From assembly GCA_963816715.1 (NCBI GenBank), contig CAWFMJ010000027.1, positions 43,173 through 75,172 on the forward strand: DNA of 32,000 nucleotides. The letters run 5' to 3'. Within the stretch, counting starts at the first letter, position 1. Every line of letters begins with the position of its first letter. Source of the DNA: an uncultured delta proteobacterium (GTDB taxonomy: Bacteria > Desulfobacterota > Syntrophorhabdia > Syntrophorhabdales > WCHB1-27). Both the position numbers and the translations under genes were made by a program. The notes beneath the pieces were generated by a model. That model had not been told where the DNA came from and did not search any database. It saw only the letters and a program-made list of their open reading frames with translations. This document shows, in pieces, positions 1-8,247 of this stretch.

Positions 1-1
1 T

Positions 2-2551
2 GTGGCGGCGACCCAATCGCTCATGAACGACTTCTACGCACTCGCCCGTGTTCCCATGAGCATCACCGACGTGAGAGGAAAGGTGCTCGTCGGCGTCGGA
101 TGGCAGGACATCTGCACCCTCTTTCACCGCGTCCACCCGGAGACCCGGAGGCGATGCTTCGAGAGCGACACCGCGCTCACCGAGGGCATTCGCGCCGGTG
201 AGTTTCGCTTCTACAAGTGCGGGAACAACATGTGGGACGTCGCGACACCCATCATCGTGGACGGCAAACGCATGGGCAACATCTTTTCGGGCCAGTTCTT
301 CTTCGAGGGCGAACCGCTCGACTACGACCTCTTCCGCGCCCAGGCAAAGCAACATGGTTTCGATGAAAAAGCGTATATGGCCGCCCTCGAAGCCGTCCCC
401 CGGCTCGGCAGGGAATCCGTCAACGCGGCCATGTCATTTTTCGTGAAGCTCGCCCGGATGCTCTCGGAAGCAGGCCACAGCAACCTGAAGATTGCCCGGT
501 CGCTGGCCGAGCGCGATGCGCTCATGCGTTCCTTGCGCGAACAGGAGGAACAGCTCGCCCTCTTCGTCGAGCACGCGCCGGCTGCCATTGCCATGTTCGA
601 TAGAGAGATGCGGTATATTGCCGCCAGCAACAGGTGGCTTTCCGACCTGGGTATCGAGGGACGGGACATCCGCGGTTTGAATCACTATGAGGTGTTGCCC
701 GGATTGCCGGAACTGTACAGGGAGGCCGACAGCCGCGGCCTGTCGGGGGAGGTGGTGCGACTGGAAGAGAGCCCGTTCACCTGGCCCGACGGAAGGGCCG
801 GCTGGATCAGATGTGAAATGTACCCCTGGAGAAGAGCCGCGGGGGATGTGGGGGGCATCCTCTCATCCGTGGAGGACATCACCGGGCCCAAGCAGGAGCA
901 GGACGTGCAAAGGAGCGCACGCCAAGAGCTGGAGAGACGGGTCGGGGAGCGAACGAAAGAGCTGCGCAGGCAGGCACTCATAGCGGAAAGCGAGAGAGAC
1001 CGGCTGATGACGCTCCTCGACAGTATGACGGAAGGCGTGTGGCTTCTCGATAGGGACTACAAGGTCATGCTTGCCAACCCCGTCGCGAAGGAACAAACGA
1101 TGGAGGTCGGGCTCGATCCGGACGAGCCGGACGGAGCCCTCCTCTTGTCGGGGCTGGAGATAGCCACAGCCAACGGGAAAACTCTTGGCGTCGAACCATT
1201 CACCGACGTGCTCTCGGGCACGCCCATCTGCTCGCTGAAGTGCAGGGTCCGCAACAGAAAGGGCGGCGAGTTCTTCTACAGAAGAATTTCGGCGAACCCT
1301 ATTGTCGACGCCGGGAAGAGAACCGTGGGCATGGTGCTGGCCGTACAGGACATTACCGCGGAGGTCCGGGCGGGACAGGAGAAGGCTTATCTGGAGGAGC
1401 AGCTCCATCAGTCTCAGAAAATGGAGGCTATCGGCACCCTTGCGGGCGGGATAGCCCACGACTTCAATAACATGCTTGCCGTGATCGTCGGCAACGCCGA
1501 ATTGGCTCTTGACGGGCTCGACAATGCCCCCGGCACGAGAAGAAACGTCGAGCAGATAGTCAGCGCCTCCAAACGGGCTGCGGACCTGGTCAAGCAGATT
1601 CTCGCCTTTAGCAGGAAAGCAGAAGCGGGACGTAAGCCGCTCCGGTTGACGCCCCTCCTCGAGGAGACCTACAGGCTGCTCCGCTGCAGCCTGCCGAGCA
1701 CCGTACACATGCGCCTGGACGTGCACACCGAGTGGGACACCGTTATCGGCAACCCTTCCCAGATCCAGCAGGTGCTGATGAACCTGGCTACAAACGCGGC
1801 AGACGCGATGCAGGAGAAGGGCGGGAATCTATCGATCAGTCTCTCCGGCGCGAGGTTCACCGCGGCCGACCGGTTGCCGAACGCGGACGTCAAGCCCGGC
1901 GCGTATTTGAGACTGAGCGTCAAGGACACGGGCGCCGGCATGACGCGGGACGTGCAGGAGAGGATCTTCGAACCCTTCTTCACCACCAAAGAGCCGGGCA
2001 AGGGAACGGGGATGGGCCTCGCCGTCGTTTATGGCGCGGTCAAGGACCACGACGGCGCAATCACTGTGAAAAGCAAGCCGGGCAAGGGAACGACGTTCCA
2101 TGTCTTCCTGCCCCGTGCCGTCGAACGGGTCGTGGAGGAGCGGGAAGACATGGTTGAGACGCCCGGCGGGAGGGAGCGCATACTCCTCGTTGACGACGAG
2201 CCCGTACTCCTCGACACGATGTCGCTCATGCTCGCGCGTTTGGGGTACCAGGTGACGACCGCGCAGAGCGGAACCGAGGCGTGGGACATCTTCAGGGGAG
2301 AACCGGATGCCTTCGACCTTGTCGTCACGGACCAGACCATGCCCGATCTCACCGGCATGAGCCTAGCCGAAAACATGCGAGGGGTGAGAAAGGACCTGCC
2401 CGTCCTCTTGATTACGGGCTACAGCGAGTCCGTCTCTCCGGAAAAAGTAAAGGCGGCGGGCATTGGCGAATTCATCATGAAGCCCGTCGTGAAGCAGGAG
2501 ATGGCGCGGGCCGTCCGGAGGATGCTGAAGAAGAGCGACGGGAGGGAATAA
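2..2551 (+). CDS. Hybrid sensor histidine kinase (PocR-like sensor, PAS region, HisKA, HATPase_c, C-terminal receiver); 5' end may be cut by the window edge
   Basis: 849-aa ORF running from the window edge. N-terminal PocR-like pattern ([16 protein letters not shown]...[32 protein letters not shown]). H-box [21 protein letters not shown]-box [15 protein letters not shown]-boxes VKDTGAGM and [11 protein letters not shown]. Receiver ILLVDDEP...[12 protein letters not shown]...KP. Confidence 0.9.
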   Translation: MAATQSLMNDFYALARVPMSITDVRGKVLVGVGWQDICTLFHRVHPETRRRCFESDTALTEGIRAGEFRFYKCGNNMWDVATPIIVDGKRMGNIFSGQFFFEGEPLDYDLFRAQAKQHGFDEKAYMAALEAVPRLGRESVNAAMSFFVKLARMLSEAGHSNLKIARSLAERDALMRSLREQEEQLALFVEHAPAAIAMFDREMRYIAASNRWLSDLGIEGRDIRGLNHYEVLPGLPELYREADSRGLSGEVVRLEESPFTWPDGRAGWIRCEMYPWRRAAGDVGGILSSVEDITGPKQEQDVQRSARQELERRVGERTKELRRQALIAESERDRLMTLLDSMTEGVWLLDRDYKVMLANPVAKEQTMEVGLDPDEPDGALLLSGLEIATANGKTLGVEPFTDVLSGTPICSLKCRVRNRKGGEFFYRRISANPIVDAGKRTVGMVLAVQDITAEVRAGQEKAYLEEQLHQSQKMEAIGTLAGGIAHDFNNMLAVIVGNAELALDGLDNAPGTRRNVEQIVSASKRAADLVKQILAFSRKAEAGRKPLRLTPLLEETYRLLRCSLPSTVHMRLDVHTEWDTVIGNPSQIQQVLMNLATNAADAMQEKGGNLSISLSGARFTAADRLPNADVKPGAYLRLSVKDTGAGMTRDVQERIFEPFFTTKEPGKGTGMGLAVVYGAVKDHDGAITVKSKPGKGTTFHVFLPRAVERVVEEREDMVETPGGRERILLVDDEPVLLDTMSLMLARLGYQVTTAQSGTEAWDIFRGEPDAFDLVVTDQTMPDLTGMSLAENMRGVRKDLPVLLITGYSESVSPEKVKAAGIGEFIMKPVVKQEMARAVRRMLKKSDGRE

Positions 2552-2629
2552 CGCCGGATAGGCCGGGTCATCATGGCAACGAACGCCCAACGCCTCCCGC
2601 CCCCGAGAAAGAAAAAAGAAACGAGAGAG

Positions 2630-3790
2630 CTACAGCCTGAGAAAGCCGTCGGGGAAGACGCTCGTGGCGAGCATTACCATGTTGATATCTCGATGGGCCC
2701 CCCACCCCTCTCCCTGCCGATGCTCAGGCTCAACCCAAAACCCCTCGATCGTCTCCGCCAGCGCCTCGTACGGCCGCAGCGCCGCAATGCGGACCTCTAC
2801 GTCGTCTTCCCCCTGAAACAAGCCCGGGTTCCTCGCGACCACGTCCGACAGCCGGCTGAGCGCATGCAGTCCGATGGATAAACCCAATTCGCGGAAGGCC
2901 AGGCGATCGTCGGCCGGCAATTTCAACAAACCCCGGTCAAGCGCCTCGAGACCGATGAAAGAACCTTCCAGCATGCCGGCAAGCAGGCCGGGTTGCGACA
3001 AGTCCCCCGACGCCGTCAACTGGGCCGCGCGATAGGCGTCGGACAGCAGCCCGCCTATGCCGAGAGGATCGTCGGTTATCCAGCTCCTCCCTTTGCACAT
3101 GGCCGCCATATCGGCGATTTCCGTTTCCAGACCCCTCTGCCCTTCCGGGTTTTTCGCCGCCGTGGCGGCCAATTGCGCATAGGTGATCAAACCGTCGAGA
3201 GGGTCATGGAGGCCCATGGAACGGACCAGGGGGTAAGAAAGGTCCGTGCTCATCTTCCAGTACATCCGCTTCTCCCTGCCGCCGCCCGGCTCGTAGACGA
3301 ACCGAGCGTGGATAGCACGCGCCAGTTCCACGGCCCAGCGGTTGTAGGCCAGCTCTCCGGTTGCCCGCGCGACGCGGTTCAGGGCGTGCATCCATTTTGT
3401 CAGGTAATGAAAATACTGGCCGTCCCTGTCCCATTCTATGCGCTCGTCGAGGGGCTCGGTGGCTTTTCGCTCCCTCAACTGTTTGCCTATCCTTAGGCCC
3501 CCCGCCGTCGGATGAAGCCTGGCTTCCGCTTCCTCGAGCCCGCTGATCCAGCCGGTTCTCGTCTCGCCCTTTCGGTAGCGTCCGAGCGTCTCATGCACCT
3601 GGGAGACGAGCTGCAGCGCCAGTTCCTTGCACTTCTCATCGCCGCTTTCCTCGTAAAGGCCCAGGAAGTTACAGGCGGCGAAAGCGTCAGTCCACAGGTA
3701 TCGTTGAGGCGCGCCGCTTCCCGGCGCAAGACCGGTAAGACCGGCAAACTCCTTCATGATCTCGCTGGCAAACAAACCGTCCTCTCTCAC
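2630..3790 (-). CDS. Conserved hypothetical protein (386 aa), mostly helical; possibly alpha/alpha-toroid-like; function unknown
   Basis: Long ORF with GTG start preceded by GGAGAGAGGGG. Codon usage matches neighbouring genes. I recognise no diagnostic motif (YLWTDAFAACNF, DRDGQYFHYLTKW). Confidence 0.6.
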   Translation of the reverse strand: MREDGLFASEIMKEFAGLTGLAPGSGAPQRYLWTDAFAACNFLGLYEESGDEKCKELALQLVSQVHETLGRYRKGETRTGWISGLEEAEARLHPTAGGLRIGKQLRERKATEPLDERIEWDRDGQYFHYLTKWMHALNRVARATGELAYNRWAVELARAIHARFVYEPGGGREKRMYWKMSTDLSYPLVRSMGLHDPLDGLITYAQLAATAAKNPEGQRGLETEIADMAAMCKGRSWITDDPLGIGGLLSDAYRAAQLTASGDLSQPGLLAGMLEGSFIGLEALDRGLLKLPADDRLAFRELGLSIGLHALSRLSDVVARNPGLFQGEDDVEVRIAALRPYEALAETIEGFWVEPEHRQGEGWGAHRDINMVMLATSVFPDGFLRL

Positions 3791-4180
3791 CTTAGCCCCT
3801 CTCTCCCTCGATCTTGTTTACTTTAGCCGCCAATGACGTCCGTCGTCAATCTGTTTGTTGCGGCGCGCCGTCTTTCCGCCCGCTGATTCACTCTATTTCA
3901 TGAAAATACCAAAGGGAAGAAAAAAATGCAAAGATCCGCGCATGCTCGGGCAGGCCCACAGAATGTGCTCCCCTAGCCCGCTAAGAAGACCTTCAGAAGA
4001 AAACAAAGAACGAGAATTCTGTTGACCTTCACCGGGGCAGGGTGTCAGAATAGGTTGAGCATCCAGTAAGAGAAACCCTGCTAAACATGACAAAAACGAA
4101 GGAAGACCCATAAATGTTGATCTTAAATAGCCGGGGCGAAGAGCCTACAACTTCGCTCTATGGCAATTGGAGGAGACGAG

Positions 4181-6874
4181 ATGGATCGCAAGCCTATCGA
4201 TTTGAAGGATGGAAAACGCACCCTGAAGTCCGCCAGCCTCATGGGGCCTTTGAGCGGGCCGCCCGTTGCCGTCTATTCGGACGGCAAAAAGATCACCCGC
4301 ATACGGCCCTATCATTACGACGAGGACGGTCGCAACCTGGAGGCGCTGAACCCGTGGAAGATCGAGGCGCGGGGAAAGACGTTCTCTGCCCCCACGCACA
4401 CGGTGCCCTCGCCGTTCTTTCTTGCCTACAAAGGGCGCGTCTACTCGAAGAACCGGGTATCCTACCCCCTCAAAAGGGTCGACTGGGACCCTAAAGGCGA
4501 GAGAAATCCGCAGAACCGCGGCAAGAGCGGCTATGTCCGCATCTCCTGGGACGAAGCGGCCCAGCTCATCGCTGACGAGTTGCTTCGGGTCAAAGAGCAA
4601 TACGGCATGTCTGCGGTCCTCTCCGAAGCCGACATGCACGGCGAAGGCAAGCATATTGCGCCTTCCCACGGCGCAGCCAACCGTCTTTTCTCCCTTCTCG
4701 GCGGCTACACCATACAGATGCGCAACATGGACAGTTGGGAAGGCTATTCCTGGGGTTCCAAAAACGTCTGGGGCGGCGAGCCGGTCGGCGAAATGCAGCC
4801 CTCGGGCAACCTCTATCCCGATATTGCCAAGAACTCCGAGCTGTTGCTCTTCTGGGGCTGCGACCCCGAGACGACGCCCCTCGGGGTGGACGGCATGATG
4901 GCAAGCCGCCTGTGCTACTGGCTCACTGAGCTGGGAATCAAATGCGTCTACGTGGACCCCGCCCTCAACTACGGCGCCGCCGTCCACGGGGACAAGTGGA
5001 TACCGGTGAAGCCCAATACCGATGCCGCCCTCTACCTTGCCATCGCGTACACGTGGCTCAGCGAAGGGACGTACGACAAGGAGTACGTCAAAACGCACGT
5101 CGTCGGCGCAGAGCCCTTCTTCGACTACGTGCTCGGCAAAGAAGACGGCGTGCCCAAAACGCCGGCGTGGGCTACCGAAAAATGCGGCGTTCCCGAATGG
5201 ACCATCAAAGCCCTGGCCAGGGACTGGGCCAACAAGGTCACGAGCATCTGCATCGGCAACGGCGGACCCGGCCTGCGAGGTCCCTACGGCACGGAGCCGG
5301 CCCGTCTCCAGTCTATCCTGTTGGGCATGCAGGGCCTGGGCAAACCGGGCAGGCACCAAGCCAAGATGCTCGAATGGAACTGTCATTCCGCCATATTCCC
5401 TCTGCCTTACCAAGGCAAGGGCGTCCCCATTTTCCCGAACAGGGGCGAGATCGTGCGCCCGCCGAAGGCATACCAGCGCTGCGGCTTCGAGGTCATGGCA
5501 GATGCGATGGCGATACCGGAAATCGCCAAACTGCTCGAATGGAAGGAGCCGCCGGCGCAGTCGATACCCAAGTGCCGCATTCACGACGCCATCCTCAACG
5601 ATTCCATCACCTGGTGGGGCCTTCGCTCGTTCTGCGGCCCCGCTCACGAGCAGTGGGTGGAGCATAAGTTCCCCGACGACGGCTGCTCGCGCATCCACAT
5701 GGTCTGGTCCGACTCTCCCTGCATGACCACCTGTTGGAACGACGGCTTCCGCTTCGTCGAAGCCATGCAGAGCCCCGATATCGAATGCTTCGTGGTGCAA
5801 CACCCGTGGCTGGAGAACGACTGCTACCTGGCCGACATCATCCTGCCCGTCGCAACGAAGCATGAGCTGAGCGACATCTCGGACGACACGAACGGCGGCA
5901 TTTTCACCTCGGTCTACCGGGAGACTCCTGCCTGCCCGCCCGTTGGAGAGTCGGTTTCCGACTATGAAGCAGTGGCGAGGGTCTGCAAGAAGATCGGCGA
6001 AAAGCTCGGCGATGAGATCTACCAGCAATTCACCGGCAACGACATGTCCGACGAGAAGTGCATTGATCTGTTCTGGCAGGGCTGCGGCGTGACGCACCTC
6101 GACACGGAGAAGCACTTCGAAAAGGAAGGCATTTTCGTCATCCCCTGCGACCCCGACATCCAGAAGCACCCGCCCGGATTGAGCGAATTCGCCAACGATC
6201 CGGAGAAACATCCCCTCTCCACGCCGACGGGGAAACTCGAATTCACGGCCACGGGCATTCTGGAGCATTTCCCGAACGATCCCGAGCGCCCGCCCTATCC
6301 CAAGTGGGTAGAGCAGGGCGAATCGCACGACGAGCGGGTGAGCGGCGACCGGGCCGGCAAGTATCCGCTGCTTTGCATGTCAAACCACGGCAGATGGCGC
6401 ATGCACGCACAGTGCGACGATATCGTCTGGAACCGCGAACTTGGCGCCATGAAAGTCCGCGGCAAAGACGGCTATCAGTACGAGCCAATCTGGATGCACG
6501 CATCCACGGCTGCCGAGCGCGGCATCAAACACGGCGACATCGTCAAGATCTTCAACGACCGGGGTACTGTCCTCGGCGGCGCCTACGTCACCGAGCGGGT
6601 CATTCCCGGCGTCGCTTACATGGACCACGGCTCGCGCTTCGACCCCATCGATACCAAGGCCATCGACCGGGGCGGCGCCATCAACCTGATCACCCCTCAT
6701 TCGAACACCTCGAAGCACGTCACCGGCATGGCCGTTTCGGGCTTCCTGGTGGAGGTGCAGAAGGTAACGGACGAAGAGATGGACGGCTGGAAGAAGCAAT
6801 ACCCCGAGGCCTTCGCGCGCAAGATAGACAAAGCCTGCGGCGTCTGTCTCGACGGCTGGCTCATCAACAACTAG
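4181..6874 (+). CDS. Molybdopterin (DMSO-reductase superfamily) oxidoreductase, pyrogallol hydroxytransferase large-subunit-like
   Basis: ORF 4160..6874. I prefer the ATG at 4181 because GGAGGAG at 4169-4175 lies 5 nt upstream. Blocks recalled from Pelobacter AthL-type enzymes: WKIEARGKTF, DSWEGYSWG, FWGCDPETTP, AIAYTWLSEGTYDKEYV, DYVLGKEDGVPKTPAW. No N-terminal Cys cluster and no twin-arginine signal. Confidence 0.85.
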   Translation: MDRKPIDLKDGKRTLKSASLMGPLSGPPVAVYSDGKKITRIRPYHYDEDGRNLEALNPWKIEARGKTFSAPTHTVPSPFFLAYKGRVYSKNRVSYPLKRVDWDPKGERNPQNRGKSGYVRISWDEAAQLIADELLRVKEQYGMSAVLSEADMHGEGKHIAPSHGAANRLFSLLGGYTIQMRNMDSWEGYSWGSKNVWGGEPVGEMQPSGNLYPDIAKNSELLLFWGCDPETTPLGVDGMMASRLCYWLTELGIKCVYVDPALNYGAAVHGDKWIPVKPNTDAALYLAIAYTWLSEGTYDKEYVKTHVVGAEPFFDYVLGKEDGVPKTPAWATEKCGVPEWTIKALARDWANKVTSICIGNGGPGLRGPYGTEPARLQSILLGMQGLGKPGRHQAKMLEWNCHSAIFPLPYQGKGVPIFPNRGEIVRPPKAYQRCGFEVMADAMAIPEIAKLLEWKEPPAQSIPKCRIHDAILNDSITWWGLRSFCGPAHEQWVEHKFPDDGCSRIHMVWSDSPCMTTCWNDGFRFVEAMQSPDIECFVVQHPWLENDCYLADIILPVATKHELSDISDDTNGGIFTSVYRETPACPPVGESVSDYEAVARVCKKIGEKLGDEIYQQFTGNDMSDEKCIDLFWQGCGVTHLDTEKHFEKEGIFVIPCDPDIQKHPPGLSEFANDPEKHPLSTPTGKLEFTATGILEHFPNDPERPPYPKWVEQGESHDERVSGDRAGKYPLLCMSNHGRWRMHAQCDDIVWNRELGAMKVRGKDGYQYEPIWMHASTAAERGIKHGDIVKIFNDRGTVLGGAYVTERVIPGVAYMDHGSRFDPIDTKAIDRGGAINLITPHSNTSKHVTGMAVSGFLVEVQKVTDEEMDGWKKQYPEAFARKIDKACGVCLDGWLINN

Positions 6875-6878
6875 GCAC

Positions 6879-6918
6879 GGGAGGACGGCCAACGTCCTCC
6901 CGTCTTTCTTTTTCTTTC
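6879..6918 (+). terminator. Rho-independent terminator of the molybdoenzyme gene
   Basis: GGGAGGACG (6879-6887), loop GCCAA, CGTCCTCCC (6893-6901), then T-rich tail GTCTTTCTTTTTCTTTC. It starts 5 nt after the stop codon. Confidence 0.7.
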
Positions 6919-6942
6919 GGCGGGAGGCGCCGGGCTAGGCGA

Positions 6943-6977
6943 TCCGGGATCGAGTTCAACCATGATCGATCCCGGAA
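6943..6977. repeat. 35-nt hairpin element, copy 1 (10-bp stem CCGGGATCGA/TCGATCCCGG, 12-nt loop)
   Basis: Read directly from the sequence. It is the reverse complement of 7230..7264 with one mismatch, located in the loop. Confidence 0.8.
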
Positions 6978-7229
6978 GTGGGCCATCATGGGTAAATTGT
7001 TCCGTTGGTCTTACCCGATGCCTGTATGTTCCGTCTACCGGGTAGGAACGGGACCTTCTTATGGCGCTAAAAGCTCCTGGGATTCCGGTTCCCCTATTGC
7101 AAGCTTCGCAGGCGCGGCGGCCGGGGCTCAACGCGCCCGTCGGCGAAACCACAACCGAGCACCCCTCTGACTCTCATCCGATGAAGGCCGGCGGCGCTAT
7201 CGCCGGCCTCCCGCTGACAAACTGGTACA

Positions 7230-7264
7230 TTCCGGGATCGATCATGGTAGAACTCGATCCCGGA
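7230..7264. repeat. 35-nt hairpin element, copy 2, inverted relative to copy 1
   Basis: The reverse complement of ccgggatcgatcatggtagaactcgatcccgg matches 6944..6975 at 31 of 32 positions. The flanking t and aa also match. Confidence 0.8.
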
Positions 7265-7270
7265 CGTCCC

Positions 7271-7405
7271 GGACTGCGGCTTGGTTGAAATCGTGAGGTC
7301 GGGATGCAATCTGAGCCTCGTAGCCCGCAGGCGTACTGAATGTACGACGGAGGGCACGGGGCGAAGAGGGCGCCCGAGATCGCGATTTCAACCAAGCCGC
7401 AGTCC
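7271..7405. repeat. 135-nt long hairpin: 23-bp perfect inverted repeat enclosing 89 nt that contain three small stem-loops
   Basis: GGACTGCGGCTTGGTTGAAATCG at 7271-7293 is the exact reverse complement of 7383-7405. Inner hairpins: gcct/aggc (7315-7332), cgtac/gtacg (7332-7346), gggcg/cgccc (7359-7375). Confidence 0.75.
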
Positions 7406-7462
7406 ATCCGACCACACGCCGAACAAAAGAAAAAAAGAGAAGAGAAAAGGAGGAACGCTTGA

Positions 7463-8158
7463 TTACGGGCGGTACTGTTCCAGATAGTCTTCGATATACT
7501 CCCTGACCCGTTCTTTCGTCCGATAGACCCCGAAGTGGCCTTCGCACAGGATGTCGGCCTCCAGGTCGATCAGCGTTTCCATGGAGCGCCGCCAGATGCC
7601 GAGGTCCGCGCCGAATTGGGGAAGAAAGGGGCCATGGATGTCTTGGCCGAAAAGCACCCGCTCTTCGCCCCGGTCTCCGTAAACGGAGAGAGAGCCGGGG
7701 GTGTGGCCGGGCGTGTGGAGGCAAACGAGACTCCATCCGTCGCGGAAGCTCAGCGTCTCTTTCGCCGCCTCGAGCTTCACGTCCACGGATACCGGCGCCA
7801 GATGCAACCCATACAAGGAAGCGCCCGTTTTCACCGGATCAGCCATCTCAACAGCGGCGGCATCGAGGGCGTGCATGATGACCCTGACCCCGAACCGTTC
7901 CTTCAGATAACTCGCCCCTCCTACGTGGTCGATGTGGCAATGGGTAAGGATGAGCGTGGAAAGGCGGGCCGGATCGAGGCCGAGAAGCTCGATGTTCATC
8001 ACGATCCGGGCCGTATTCGCGCCGGCCCCGCTGTCGACGAGGATGAGCTCTCCCGCGTCCACAAGGTAGACGGAACAGTCCTTCTCGTCGGTCAAATCGG
8101 AGCTGCCGACCAGATAAACGCCGTTTGCTACTTTTTCGGGATGCAGAGCATGGCGCAT
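7463..8158 (-). CDS. MBL-fold metallo-hydrolase (231 aa)
   Basis: Metallo-beta-lactamase motif LTHCHIDHVGG, later HTPGHTPG and a C-terminal EGHF. ATG start preceded by AGGATGAGG. Confidence 0.85.
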   Translation of the reverse strand: MRHALHPEKVANGVYLVGSSDLTDEKDCSVYLVDAGELILVDSGAGANTARIVMNIELLGLDPARLSTLILTHCHIDHVGGASYLKERFGVRVIMHALDAAAVEMADPVKTGASLYGLHLAPVSVDVKLEAAKETLSFRDGWSLVCLHTPGHTPGSLSVYGDRGEERVLFGQDIHGPFLPQFGADLGIWRRSMETLIDLEADILCEGHFGVYRTKERVREYIEDYLEQYRP

Positions 8159-8247
8159 GCCTCATCCTACCACGCTGCCCTTCGCTGAAGCAACTGAAGT
8201 CGTTCAAAAGACATGCCCGGAAAACCGGCCCGCGCTATCCTGGCCGC

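Noticed and set aside
863-1726. 287-aa minus-strand ORF inside the histidine kinase gene
   Set aside because: Antisense shadow ORF. The plus frame carries H/N/G-box kinase motifs.
3791-4180. Possible Moco riboswitch or sigma54 promoter upstream of the molybdoenzyme gene
   Set aside because: I found no conserved Moco-motif elements and no TGGCAC-N5-TTGC. Only a weak TTGACC...CAGAAT sigma70-like pair around 4022-4051 is present, and I do not consider it well enough supported to list.
4145-6328. 727-aa minus-strand ORF antisense to the molybdoenzyme gene
   Set aside because: It is a shadow ORF typical of high-GC DNA. Its composition is Arg/Ala/Gly-rich with no motifs, while the plus-strand frame has clear family blocks.
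6304-7170. 288-aa Arg-rich plus-strand ORF running from the molybdoenzyme 3' end into the intergenic repeats
   Set aside because: It is an out-of-frame overlap with a well-supported gene and then crosses a terminator and repeat elements. The composition is not protein-like.
7271-7405. The cloverleaf-like element as a tRNA or tmRNA gene
   Set aside because: It has no T-loop (GTTCRANYC) or D-loop signatures. The central hairpin loop is 5 nt rather than 7, and the 23-bp closing stem is incompatible with a 7-bp acceptor stem.
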